From contig CM068753.1 in assembly GCA_035084275.1 (NCBI GenBank), forward strand, positions 558,001 to 622,000: a stretch of DNA of 64,000 bases. The letters are read 5' to 3'. This document shows, piece after piece, positions 22,961 through 36,477 of this stretch. Source of the DNA: Hydrolagus colliei (taxonomy: Eukaryota). The first letter of the stretch is position 1, and every line of letters starts with the position of its first letter. The notes beneath the pieces were generated by a model. That model was not told the origin of the DNA, did no database searches, and worked only from the letters and a program-made list of their open reading frames with translations. A program made the position numbers and the translations under genes.

Positions 22961-23799
22961 GATGTTTGACAGGGAAGTAGACAGAAAATCAACATGTTGT
23001 TGGAAGCATGAATCAGACAGTCAGGACATTCTGGTATTGTTTCTGTTAGACTAATTATAATATTTTAATAATCTAATTTTGTGTTGAAATCTAATTGAAG
23101 TGTTTTTGATTTCATTGCAAGTATTTCAGTGATATTTAAAACCTTGAAACCTCCTATGCTGAGGAATCAATTAAAATAAAGTTTCCATGGGCTGTGCTTG
23201 GTGAGTGATCTCAGCAAGTTGGCAGGATGAGTGCTCCAGTTGGCCTCAACATTTTTCAGATGGAGAGGGGAAAAAGTAGCCAACATTTCTACTCCTGTTT
23301 GCAATGCAAGGTATGCATAAGTGGCCATCCCATGAGGTCAGCATGGGAATAGCCTATGGCTGACAAAGTTGCTTGTAAATCAAACCAGTCAGGATCCAAG
23401 TACCAACACTGATACCATAGGTCAAATGGCCTCATTCTGTGCTATAAACATTCTATGACTTGCTCTTCTCAATGTTTGAGCTCATTTATGAAGAACTAAC
23501 ATGAATAAGGGACTCGAGGCAGCTGACAGCCATGCATTTTTTCCCAGTTTCAATCGGTGTGTACTTCTAGCAGAAGAATATTTTTTACTACAGTAAGCTT
23601 AGGGCACAGACATCAGTTAGGAGGACTTTTATATTTACATAGGATTATTATGGATTAAGCACTGACAGCTTGTGAATTTTATCCTGGCAAATCACCAGGG
23701 TCATTTTCAGAGCACCAAAATTAGACCCCTTCTTTTTTTGTTTATGTTTGAAAACAAAGTGAAGTGTCAAAACTTGGCTTCTCACTTCACATTGCTGTA

Positions 23800-24451
23800 C
23801 AACAACAACAACTATTTAAACTTATAAATTTAAACTTATAAAGCACCTTTCACGTCGGGAGGATGTCCCAAGGCGCTGTACAACAACAACAACAATTTAC
23901 ATTTATAGAGCGCCTTTCACGTCGGGAGGATGTCCCAAGGCGCTGAACAAGAGGCGTGTGACCCGAGCTGGGAGGGGAGTGTTTGGGAAGGGGTGAAACA
24001 CGAAGGGGAGGTAAAAGAGTTCGGGGTGGAACAAAAGGCACGATCGAAGAGGAGAGTCTTCAAACCGGCCTTGAAAGAGGAAAGGGAAGAGACGAAACGG
24101 AGGGATTGAGGGATGGCATTCCATAAGGTGGGAGCGGAGAAACTGAAGGCCCGGCCTCCGATGGTGGGGCGGTTCGGGCGGGGGGCTTGGAGCAGGCCAA
24201 GTCCTGTTGAACGGAGGGTCCGGGTGGGCGTGTAGGGGGAGAGTAGATCGGTTAGGTAGGATGGGGCAAGGCCGATAAGGCCTTGTAGGTGAGGACGAGG
24301 ATCTTAAATTCGATCCTCTGGAGGATGGGGAGCCAGTGGAGACGGGCGAGGGTGGGGGTTATGTGATCACGGAGGCGGGTGCGGGATAGTACACGGGCTG
24401 CAGAGTTTTGGATGACCTGCAGCCTGTGAATGGAGGAACTGGGGAGGCCGA
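23800..24451 (-). mobile_element. L2 LINE young copy with duplicated 3' tail
   Basis: 23880-24451 is nearly identical to 10606-11176; an extra copy of the 3' stem-loop and tail lies at about 23800-23880. Confidence 0.92.
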
Positions 24452-25266
24452 CTATGCCACTCATGACATAGGTTTTAGCTAATGCTTTATTTAGTTTACA
24501 AACTACAGGTATCTGTGAATTTGTTCAGGTGAACCAGTTAGTTCTCAAGGATTCTTTGGCTACAAGTTCATGAAATTCACTAAATTTTATGGGATACCAA
24601 ACACTACTTAAACCATACAAACTGTAGAATCTCTGCTGTTTCTATATCTCTAGTTGCAATTTTTATTTTCTGGCTAAAATGCTCTAACCTTTGATCAGAC
24701 AGGCCTTTAATGCTGGAAAAAACACGATGGTAGTCATGTATCTAGACGTGCTAGACGTCTTTGCATCTTTGTAGGTTATGTATTGCAAACTTTCTGGATT
24801 CAGATTTTGAAGACATTAAATTTTTTTGGCTCTAGGTGTAATTTAAAGCACCAATAAGTGTGGTTTTATCATTGTGAGTGATTTTGAACTGTTTCATGTC
24901 ATCCACTCGGAAGGTATATTTTATGTTTATAATTTGCTCCTTTACCTTCTTATGTCACTTATACATTTGCTGCATTAGTACAGTAGTTTGTTTCCTATTG
25001 GATTGAGGAACCTGATTGAGAATCAAAGGTAATTTTATTATTCATATAGAGTGACATTTTCATTGTGATATTGTACACCGTGCTGAGTAATCTCATTATT
25101 AGTGCCCAAAGGGTTAAAATGTTTATTTTCCCGAAAGGTCCCAGAATAAATTTCTCAGCTGTGATTAGAGGAAATTGTTTTGGTTGAGATTTGAGTATGT
25201 GGGCCATTATGCTATTGATCAGTCACCCTGTTGATATGCAAGTTTACATTTTTACATTTACTGTGC

Positions 25267-25577
25267 TAATAATAATCATAATAATCCTTGCTTTTGATCT
25301 GCGTTTTCACATATTCTGGACGTCTCAATGCACTTCACAACATATACTGTAAAGTGAGTTGACTGTATTTGTGGTTGAAACATGGCAGCCAATTACACAC
25401 AGCAGTGCCCCACAAACAGTCGTTGCTTGAAATGATTAATGTATTTTTTTTTTCTTGAGGGATTATTATCAGGCATGTGGAGAAAGGAAACTTGCCCAAG
25501 GTTTCACCCTGCCTGGAATCAAACCCAGGTCTCTTGCTTGTAAGGCGAGTGCTCTAACCACTGAGCTACAGGACTCC
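25267..25577 (-). mobile_element. Full-length tRNA-derived SINE
   Basis: Complete head, body and tail on the minus strand. Confidence 0.88.
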
Positions 25578-26862
25578 ACAAAAATGATGAATGCTGGAGA
25601 GGCGTTGGCAGGAACTAAAATAAAAACGGTGTAAATCCACAACAGATTGATCAGCATCTGAAAGAAAAATAGATTAACATTTTGGCTGATTATTTTCTTT
25701 TTACTTGCTAAATCTATCAGTTGTATATTTTCAACATACAATATATTACTTTTTATTTCAGATTTCCAACATTTGCAGTGTTTTCTGTTGACTTAATTTA
25801 AATTGTCTTTAAAACAAATTTCCCCCTCGTCAAGTCTGTTTATATCTATATACAGTATTTCTATTTGAGCTATGTTGTGTTTACTGGTGTGTAAACGTTT
25901 TTTAAAAAACAAAGCTTGACAGAGTTGCCTTAGGGTGGGTCACACTGATTCACAATGTAGTCGATTAGGGCTCACACTAATTCACAAAATACAGTGCAGT
26001 CTTAATAGGGCAGCCAATTAATGCAACAAACAGCCACAAATTGAATGACTGAATTTATTATAAAAGAGCAGGCGAAACATAAATTGATCCAAAACAATTT
26101 CTGCTGGAATATGTGCAGTGTTTCAAAGCAGTATTAGATACAATTTCTATTTGTATTGAGATCCACTTCACAAATCAAATAATTCCTATGAACACTGTAG
26201 TATACAATATTCTCACTGTTCACACTCCAAACTGCATTTTGCTTTTGAAGACTTACATACAAGAAACAAATTGACAGCAGCAAATTTAGTTAATATTTTT
26301 TGAATTACAGTACTGTTCCTATGTAGCATCTGAGTAACATTCTTAAGGTTAAACCATTTTCAGTTCATTAGAATTATATATTACATTTTGTAAGTTTAAA
26401 AATGTTCCAAGTTGAATTTTGCAAACACATCTGGCCTGCGTCACGTTCCCGACCCACCCGCCGTCCTAAGCTCAGGTCTGAAGTAGTAACTGTCCAGTGC
26501 CTTTGGACGTCCTTCTGACGTTACAAGTGTAATGTTGTTGCTTGATAGCTGGGGAGCACTGGAATGCTGAAGTTATAGATTCTGACATTGGACTGGTTTT
26601 ACCTGCTAATCATATACTAATAGACCAGGTGATTATTTTATCAGATTTGCTACAGCTGAACAAAGTTGAAAAGTTAGGGAGAATTTTAACAAAAACAAGG
26701 TAATTCTGAAAATGATTAACATGTAATCAACATCTGAAAGGAAAAGATTTCAAAGGTGAAAAGGTTATTTTGGAATGTGGTACAGCACTGTTCCACCTAA
26801 ACTATACTGGTTCCACTGCAGCATCTCAACCAGACAAACCAAGAAGGCTCTGCTGCAAACGG

Positions 26863-26997
26863 AGTGGGACTTTAAAGCCTTAATAACGGCAAGCCGATAA
26901 CCCTAGCCGATAATTCAAATTGTTGCACAGGTGCAGTATTTTGGATTGCCGCTAGTAAAGTCTAGGGTTATCGGCTTGCCGCTAGTAAAGTCGCGCT
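26863..26997. mobile_element. Small palindromic MITE-like element
   Basis: Perfect 20-bp inverted repeat (26887-26906 and 26962-26981) within outer imperfect arms AGTGGGACTTTA / TAAAGTCGCGCT. Confidence 0.55.
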
Positions 26998-29324
26998 GCT
27001 GTTTTTTTCACCCCCTTGGCGTCCTCCATTTAAAAAAAAGAATCACTGGACTGTAAACCTCTTATCGACATCTCAAAGCGCTTTATATTTTATATTTATC
27101 TTCCCTGATAATGGACTTTCCAACCAGCGGAAACATCCTATTTGTATAATAAATTGGTCAATTTCAATCCATAAATGTGTATGGGACACTGCAGGGTGCA
27201 ACTCGCTGCTGCGTTTCACCCACAAATATACAGTCAATTTACTTTACAGTATATCCTGTGAAGTACTTTGAGAGTCTAGAAGACATGAAAGTACGATATT
27301 GAATGCAAGGATTATTATAGTGTGAAGAACAGAATTGAACACAATACCCCAAATGTCAACAACAACTTCGATTTATATAGCGCCCTCCACGCCAGACGGC
27401 GTCTCAGAGCGCTCACAGTAGCGGATCCCGGGACCGAGCCAGCGGCAGGGGCAGGAAGGTGATCAAAAGCTCGGTCGAAGAGAAAGGTCTTCAACTGTGA
27501 CCTGAAACTGGGAAGAGAGGGGGTTTAAGGTTTTGTATCAATTCAACATCACCTCCTCACTTTTATATTATATTTCTCTGGATATAAAGCCTGTTGGCTA
27601 TTTTATTGCCTTACCCACCTGCAGCTGTATTTAGGCCTTTGTGGTTTTGAATCTCAGGGTTCCTATGAAACTAGCCATATATTTTGTTCACTGCTATTCT
27701 GAAAGCTACGGGCAACAGCCACGTTGTCAAGAACTGTAAGTGTAAACCTTACAGAGACACCACTTGTATATTCCAGCTGCTGTGGAATCTGACCTGCAAT
27801 ATACGCAATCTACATTCATGGTTTGTAACTCATAGGCTTGGCTCAGAGTTGTATTAAAGGGTGGAGTTTCATTGATTATGTGGTATCACTGCCTACATTA
27901 TTCTGAATGTGTATTTGTAAGTGTCAGCCTTGGAGTTTCTCCCAATGTTTTGGCCAACAATCTCCCAGATAAAATTGGTCATTCATTTCAATGGATATTT
28001 ATGGGACTTTGCTGTATGCATACAAAATACACACTCATTACACTCTATTCTGTATAGCATTATAAGACATTCTCCAAATGTGAATGGTGCTGTATCAAAT
28101 GCAAAGTTTATAATAATAATCCTTGCATTTGATGTAGCACTTCATCATGCCTTTGAGACATCTGTGGTGGGCAACTTTATATTATTTAGCGCAGCACTAC
28201 ATCGTCTGATTTTTGTTTATCCAAGTTAGTGTCTGGTCTAGATTTGGTAAACTGGTCATTAAGGAGTGCATATGTGGCTTAGTCATTGCCTCTTTGGGAG
28301 AGCCTGGCTAAAATGGGAAGAAGTTCCTTGTGTGTGAGGGAATGACACATTTTCTGGTTATTAAAAAGGTCACATTGTTAGGATGGCGTAATCAAGTTTT
28401 TCATTGATTGTATTGGCAAATCAGGAAGGCAAGGGTGACAGGGTGCGAAACATTAATTTCCAAGAGTGTGTAAAGTTTGCTGGCAACCTGCTTCCAAAGT
28501 AACAATCTGCTGTTTATAATTATTCCAAATTATTGATGTGTCCAGGAGCACTTAATGGGAGGGATAACAATAACAATGAATACTTTTAGATGATTCTGAT
28601 ACATACTTTATTCTGTATACTTACAGTAAATATGAGAAAAACATCAGTATCCTTTACACAGAATTACATTGAAACCAGCATAACTATTTTGAAAATACAA
28701 GCCTAGATCTTGTTTGAAATCAATTGAATGGGTTATTTTATAATTGAAGACGCTTTGCAAACTATTATAATGCCTTGGTCAACGCCTTGAGACGGCTTCC
28801 TGGTATAAAAGATGCTATTCAAGTGTAATTTTGTTGTTGTTATAACTATAATACTGCACCTGAACAATACTGTACTCTGCTATACACCCAAAATCAGCTT
28901 ACTTTTGTTTAAATAAAAGCCACTCTTAATCCTGAAAGAAATTGAATAAATTATTGGCTTGTGTCTTAATTATTTTTACAATAACAACAAAATTACATTT
29001 ATAGAGTGCCTTTATCATGTCGGGAGGACGTCCCAAGGCAATTTAAATAGACAATGGAATTTAGAATATTATTGTAAAATGTGTCTACTTTATTACTTTA
29101 ATGCTGTTTTAAAACCAGTTCAAACACAGCAGTTAAAGCTTTAGTTCAAGAATCATTTGTTTTGTGTTTATAATACTTGGCATCGTCCCCAATCTAAATT
29201 TTATTATTCATGTTGTGTGGACAATGTCGTCCTGTTTGTTCAGACTAAACGTTTAATTTAAAATTGGAATATAGAATATGTTTTTATATACATATGTTTG
29301 TACGTATGCGTGTCTCCACCGCTT

Positions 29325-30216
29325 CTAATTAGGGACAAAGACGGAAATCTTATTGTGGATGCAGAGGGCATGTTTGATGTACTGGAAGAATACTTTGCAT
29401 CTGTCTTCACAAAACAAGAGGATGCAGCCAATGCCACAGTATCAGAGGAGAGGTTAGAGGAATTGGATGGGATAAATTTCCCCACAAATGTACAGTCAAT
29501 TCACTTTACAATATACTCTGTGAAGCGCTTTCAGACGTCTAGAAGACGTGAAAAGCACTGTATCAAATGCAAGGATTATTACTAGGTTTTATAAATAGGG
29601 GCATAAGAGTACAAAAGTCAGGAAATTATGATTAACCTATATAAAACGCTGGTTAGGCCTCAGCAGGAATTCTGTGTTCAGTGCTGGGCTCCACGCTTCA
29701 GGAAGGATGTTAAGGCATTAAAAGGGTGCAGAGGACATTTACTAAGATGGTAACAGGAATAAGGGACTTTGGTTATGAGGAAAGGCTGGAGAGGCTACGA
29801 TTATTCACATTGGAGCAGAGAAGGTTACGACGAGACCTAATAAAGGTTTTCAAAATCATGAAGGGATTTGATAGGGTAAACAGGGAAAAACTGTTTCCAG
29901 TGGTGGGTGTGTCAGTGACTCGAGGTCAAAGATTTAAGATAGTTTCTAAAAGAAGCAGAGGGAGGTAAGGAGAAATGTTTTCACTCAGTGAGTTATTCAA
30001 ATCTAGAATGCATTGCTTGAAAGTGTGGTAGAAGCCGATTCAATAACAACTTTCAAAAGAGAGGTGGATGGTTATTTGGGGAGGAAAGTTTGGGGGGGTT
30101 ATGGGGAGAGAGCTGGGGAGTGAGATTGACTTTGAATAGCTCTTTTCAAAGAGCCGGCACAGACACGATGGGCCGAATGGCCTTCTTTTATGCTGTAAAA
30201 TTCTATGATTCTATGA
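29325..30216 (+). mobile_element. CR1 LINE remnant with internal deletion and SINE 3' half at the junction (about 29478-29583)
   Basis: LEEYFASVFTKQE motif; C-terminal YEERLERLRLFTLEQRRLRRDLIKVFKIMKG; 3' end GGGCCGAATGGCCT...(TTCTATGA)2. Confidence 0.9.
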
Positions 30217-31902
30217 TTTTTCTCATGAATCTATTATTTGTTAACTACCAACAATGGTAAAGATTGAATCTATTTCAGTTGTTTTCATTTCAGAATTGTA
30301 ATCCGAACCAGTGGGATAAGTTTACACTAGCTCTTGGTTCTGGACATCAGACTGCAAATGATTTATGCAATCTAAAACTGTCAACAGGGATTGTGGAGCT
30401 AAATTTAAAATGGTGATGTTTTAGCCCTATTCTGGGAGGAATGTGGCCTTTTCTTTGTGCTGGGCTACAGTAAATGTTGTGCACACTTGTATGAAGAGAG
30501 GGCAGAACAGATCTACAACAACAACAACTTTGATTTATATGCCACTGTTCTACCTCAGATAACTCCTGTGTTTACTGTAAACTGCCATGTTATATATCTG
30601 CCAACAGTTCTTGGACTGATGAAAATGGTGTTATTTGTCATCTGCTGATAGGCCAATCAATGTAGCAACACGATAAACCTTATTCAGAGACATTAGATTT
30701 ATAGAATTATTTCTAAATGACCCCTCTCATTTGGAAGTTGACACAAACTACATTTAGCTCCCAGGAGTTTGTATCAAATACTTAAAAATACCCTTTATTT
30801 GCAATACCTTTGAGAATAGCACAACTGGTACTAATCTTTGGTGCATTCTTTATTTGTTAATTTGTAAGATGTTGAGCTTGATACCGTGGCACCTGACTGC
30901 TGCCCTCAATCTCGTCTTTTTGTATCTGGTGTTTGAGCAAAGGGATAATGCTTAAGCAATCACTGTGGCAATATTATTCTGCAAAGCAATGCTTGAATAG
31001 AAACAGTGGCACTCTCCAGTGGAGAAAATGACCACATGGCAGCACATAGTTCAGGGTCTATTGCAGAGAATTTTGTCAGAAAGTAAACATTATTGTTATT
31101 AATTTGTGGCAAGAGAACTTCAGTTGACCTTAGCTGTTGCTCCTGGCACAGTAAGAGTCCTGCTGCTCTATATTTAGCCAATCAGCTGGAAAGAGCATTT
31201 ATGTATGTTGGGGCCTTGAGGATTGAGCATGGTTGTGATCCCTAGACAATCAAGCATCACTGTCCTGATTTATGGAAGAAGAATGACTGTATTGCATCAT
31301 ACTTCTGTTCCCTATTGGATAGTGGCCAATCCACCATCCAATGTGGAATTGGAATCCCAGCATTGAGTTAGTGCTATGTACAGGAAGTGATGCTTGTATA
31401 CAGGCCATCTTTGTATCAAAACTTGCAAAATCTGAAAGTAGTTAAAAGTAAAATAACTTGAATAATTCCTGGCTAAATTGTATCAAATGAAATCAGCAAG
31501 TTTCTATACAGGTAGTGTTGTCTTTCCTTTTTGACTTAAGTTTTTGAAGCCATGCTTGTAATAATTGTTGGAATAATAAAGAGGTCATATTTTAGGGTCT
31601 TGTGATTTATACAGGGTCACAGAACTGCCACGAAGTAGTACAACCGCAATTTGCATTTATATAGCTCCCTTCATTTGGGATAACGTCTCGGTTAGTTTGA
31701 CAGTGGTGCAGTCTGATGCCGATAGTAACTAAGGTTTGGTGTGGGATCTAAACTGTAAGTATAGTATGTTTTACTGGGGGACCTAATAGCTGTCTGAATA
31801 TAAAATTTTAGACGTTTAATTAAGCTGAAGATTTACTTCAATTAACTTCGAGCCTGGCAGTCAGATGACAGACTGATAAAAACAATTAACAGCTTAGCAG
31901 TC

Positions 31903-32085
31903 ATAATAATAATAATAATAATAATAATCCTTGGTTTTGTTATAGCGCTTTTCATGTCTTCTAGACATCTCAAAGCTCTTCGCGGAATATACTGTAAAGT
32001 GAATTGACTGTATATTTGTGGACAAAATACAGCAGCCAATTGCACACAGCAGTGTCCCACAAAGAGTCATGGATTGATGTGACAA
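31903..32085 (-). mobile_element. SINE 3' half with (ATT)n tail
   Basis: Matches the SINE body and tail. Confidence 0.8.
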
Positions 32086-32642
32086 TTTATTATTGTTTTT
32101 TCCCTGTGAGATTATTAATTGTCAATATCATGACAAGATATGAATTGCAAATCAGTAAGGAAGTAAGGAACAAATCTGTTGAACTTGTAACATTTTGACT
32201 ATTTTAAGGCAGAGCTGCTTCAAATATGTTGAAGAATTGGTAGAAGCAACAAAGAAAATTGTTTCCAAGTTGTTTTCAAAATGATGATTCAAAGCGATTA
32301 AACAGCAAAGCTATAGCACCCTTCACGTGGGTAGCATCTTGGAATGCATAAGTGGTGGAGCTTGTCGCCAAGCTGGGGAGAGAGGGGTGGTGACTCTAGG
32401 CATAGATAAATAGGAAGGTCTTCAGGTGTGACCTGAAGATGGGCAAGGAGGGGTCAAGGCAGAGGCATTGAAGTAGGTTGATCGGGTTGTAGTGGCTAAA
32501 ACCACAGCTACACAGAAGGTGTAGTGAAAGGTTTGAAGTGATCGGGCAGTGCCAGCAGAAACAATAAGATAGTCTTTACTTTGCTTCCTCTGGAGGTGTA
32601 GAGGAAAGCATCTCTAATGATGGTTACTCCATGACTTCAGAG

Positions 32643-33063
32643 TAGTGTCCGGCGATATCGATATATCGGTTATATCGGTATAATTTTTCATATCGATATG
32701 CCGATATTGGAAATTTAAATATATTGGTATATCGAAAAATTCGGTATATTTTTAAAATCGATATATCGCAAGTATTGGTATATCGTGTCTGGCGATATAT
32801 CAATATATCGGTTATATTGGTGTAATGCAAACTTTTTCAACTTACCTTGCATTACAAAACTCCTGGGCCTAGAGCACGGAATGCGCACATATCAGAATAC
32901 GTGTGCACACTGAAATCCGCGCGCACCTCTGAATGCGCGTGCACTTCCGAATGCGCGCGCACGCGCAGTACAAAAAAAACCGGCAATATCGATATGTTGG
33001 TATATATCGAAATGAGCCCACCGATATATCGACAGCGGAAAATTTCCATATCGACAGACCCTA
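32643..33063 (+). mobile_element. Non-autonomous hAT-type MITE (421 bp)
   Basis: Ends TAGTGTCCG...CAGACCCTA, perfect 8-bp TSD CTTCAGAG, many subterminal CGATAT/ATATCG motifs. Confidence 0.9.
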
Positions 33064-33494
33064 CTTCAGAGGTAGTATTGATGTTTCATTTCTGGCACTA
33101 AATTTACTCAGTGGATTGAGGAAGTTATGTTTTATTGCATTTACTATTCAGTGCTTTCTCCAATGTAAATCCTGATGTTTGGCAACAGTGCTGGAAAGAA
33201 AATATGTCTTTAGTGAAGGGTGATAGATAAGGCAAACATTATTATAGAGAGTATTTATTTAAAAAAAGGAGAGAAATTAGGGAAATAGCAGAAAAGATTC
33301 AACTGGACGAATGACTTACTCCTGTTCTTATAGTTCTTGAGAGGTAATTTTTGCTGATGCTTCTAGAGGCTTTGGCGACCCTGACTAGAGTATAACCTGT
33401 AGCGCCCAAAGCATTCTTTCTGGTTCAATGTATATTCATCTTAATCTAGAGGGAGAATTCTAAACATTCCTGCATAATTTTAATATCTTTCCAG

Positions 33495-33712
33495 ATTTAC
33501 AAGTGAAATCTTAAGGAATCAGCGGGATTCTTCACAGATCTTTGGACAAAAATGTCTCCTCTGGTGGAAAGAACTGAATGTAACTTTGCAAGAGCTCAGT
33601 CTTAGACAACGTTTGATTTTAAAAATTCTTTAAAATCGAACATACACCATTGATTTCCCTGGTATATGGAGTCTTGCCCTCATCTGAAAAATGATAACCA
33701 TCACACCCAAAG
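33495..33712 (+). other. Candidate additional PFKFB4 5' exon (ATG at 33691 gives MITITPK, phase 1)
   Basis: tctttccag acceptor and strong AAG/gtgagt donor; in frame with exon 2 only from the last ATG. Confidence 0.4.
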
Positions 33713-34364
33713 GTGAGTGATTGAACTTTATATTAAAATAATTTATAACAACCCTTGTGGACAATCATATTTGTGATTAAATTATTAGTTAATTAAAAAT
33801 CTGCAGTTTGTCTTAAAGTGAAATGGAAATGAGACTATATTATGATAGTAGTGATAGTATCATTACTATCATAATGTATCATTATGAGACATTGTAAACA
33901 GCAGTGAATTTGAAAGCTGATTTCTTTTCTCCCTCCTTTCCCTCATGTTTTGTACTATTTGCTTGGCTGTGGCATCACTGTGGTTGATGCAGTTGCCATT
34001 GCTAAGTATGGCAATAATGGTTCCCATAGCAATGAGGTTTCAGTACCTGTTCTGTTGCTCCTTCGTTTTTGTATTGTTAGATTGCTGAGGTATATGTGAA
34101 GATTTAGTTGTGCGTTGTGATTAACTGGTACAGTGGAACAACAACAACTTTGATTTATATAGCGCCCTCCACGCCATACGGCGTCTCAGAGCGCTTCAAC
34201 TCTGCAAGGGCCCAGTCTTAGACTACGTTTGATTAAAAAAATTCTTTAAATGGAACATACACCATTGATTTCCCTCCCTGCATTTCTCTCTGATTCATGG
34301 TATATGGAGTCTTGCCAGTAGGTGATGGGCTTTACATTTCACATCTGGGAGCTCCATTATGTTA

Positions 34365-34625
34365 ACAACAACAACAACATTGCATTTGTAGAGCACCTTT
34401 CATGTTGGGAGAATGTCCCAAGGCACTGGACAATCAGGGGTCAGGACCCAATCATGGTGCAGTGAGGGGTGGGAATGAGATGAGGGAGTCCAGAGATGTG
34501 AGTGGGTGGTTGAAGGCACAGTCGAAGAGGAGGGAATTGAGACCGGACTTGAAGGAGGCAAGGGAGGAAACGAGGCGAAGGGATTGTGGAATGGAGTTCC
34601 GAAGTGTAGGGGCAGAGAGACTGAA
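34365..34625 (-). mobile_element. L2 3' fragment
   Basis: L2 tail and 3' ORF remnant. Confidence 0.75.
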
Positions 34626-36094
34626 CCTACTACAACCAGAGCAGTTATCGTGAAATTACTATAACCTTCTAACTCCAGAGTGCCACCAACTGAGCCAGGT
34701 TGTCACCTATGCAGGTTTACGGCAGTTTACAGTGCTTATTTTCCTTTGGAAAAACAAACAAGTCAGTGGGGAGAAGATGAGAGGGGTGGGTGCGTTTGCG
34801 GGAGAAATCGCCCGGTACGCCAACCTTAAGGCTGAAGATAATTAATAGCTCTTAGAGTAACTCTGCCCTTAATCTATTACAGCAATGTTTTACTCATCAG
34901 AATGATGCCACCTGCTGTCCACATCTGAGTAAAAGCAACAATAAAAACAGGGTAGCCGACACTGACCATATATGTTGTGCACAGGAATAGCATGTACAAA
35001 ATATACAGTATGTAATTATAGTTCATTTATTTCAATAAAGAGATGTTTTACTTAATAAATAGATGGCTTTGTTATACTGTATCTGTGACAATTTAATCTT
35101 AATTTCATCATATTTTTGTGGAATATTGCATGTTTCATCATAATCATTTCACATCCACTTTCTCACAATGTTACACCATTTATATAGAAAACGGTTCATT
35201 GTCACATATACACTACTTATTACTCATGAGCACTGCCTTATGCAATAACCAGTGTTAGAAGGTGAGAGAAAATTGGGACATGTGTCTCCACCAGGAGGCA
35301 CTCATGCACTTACTAGTGTCTGGCCAAAGAGGGACCTTGCCTGAAGTCTGCAATGAAGAAAGTAAATGATGTGCAACAGAAGTCTGATGATACATGGCGG
35401 TTGTTGGAGGATAACTACCTTTTTAATCAAACACAGTTGAAAATGTGTTGTAAATGTGCAAATGTCATGGGTGCCAATCACCCAACCTTCTTTATTCTAC
35501 TGAATTGTGAGTGTCACTATATCTGTCTGGGAAGTATCTTTCAATAATTCTTGCATTTGAAAGAGCGCTTTTCACTTCTAGACATCTCAAAGCACTTCAC
35601 AGAATGTACTGTAAAGTGAATTGACTAGATTGACTAGAAAAGCGCTAAATCAAAACGTAAGGATTATTTATTATTATAAATCCAGTGTCTTGGTGAGGTC
35701 CTGGCATCATGTTTGTTGTTAATTACATCTAATAGATCTTGCCATCTGATGTGCATTTCTAGCACTTTTGGTAGAACATGCATTCATTTGAACATGAATA
35801 AATATTTAATGTAATTACTTACAATTGGAAGATAAATTGAGCTTAACACGTTGAGAGTTGAAATTTAACTATGGCATGAGGTAGTCAAGCACTTTAAGGA
35901 TCATTTGAAAGTTCATTGTGTGGGTAAGTAGATGACCTTATTTGGAAATGATTTGAACTGCGAGTGTGCTATATGTGCGTGTGTAACTGAAGCCTAATTT
36001 ATTCAGTTCTTCGTAGTGGTTTAACATCTGAAGTTGCTGCATTCTGTCCTTCAGAAATATTGTAAAAGGGCAATATCCTAATTAAATGCTAAAA

Positions 36095-36353
36095 GAGTTC
36101 TGTAGCTCAGCGGTTGGAGTACTCGCCTTACAAACGAGAGACCTGGGTTCGATTCCAGGAAGGACGAAACTTTGGGCAAGTTTCCTTACTGCACACGCCT
36201 AATAATAATCCCTCAAAAATAAAACAATAATGAATTGGTCATTTTAATCCATGACTGATTGTGGGACACTACTGTACATAATTAGCTGCCATGTTTTGTC
36301 TACAAATATACAGGCAATTCACTTTACAGTATATTCTGTGAAGCACTTTCAGA
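36095..36353 (+). mobile_element. tRNA-derived SINE, tail truncated
   Basis: Head with A and B boxes and body. Confidence 0.85.
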
Positions 36354-36477
36354 CCAATAAAAATATACAGTGTACAATAGAGGAGAAAAAGCTTCACAAA
36401 ACAGATTGAAATTAAAAGTTCGATATGAGAGGGTAGAATTGCAGAAAGATACCGTAAATGCGGCATTCATCATGATT

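Noticed and set aside
36095-36165. tRNA-Val/Ala genes at SINE heads (also 6612, 58235 and others)
   Set aside because: They continue into the SINE body, are mutated between copies and lack a proper acceptor stem and terminator.
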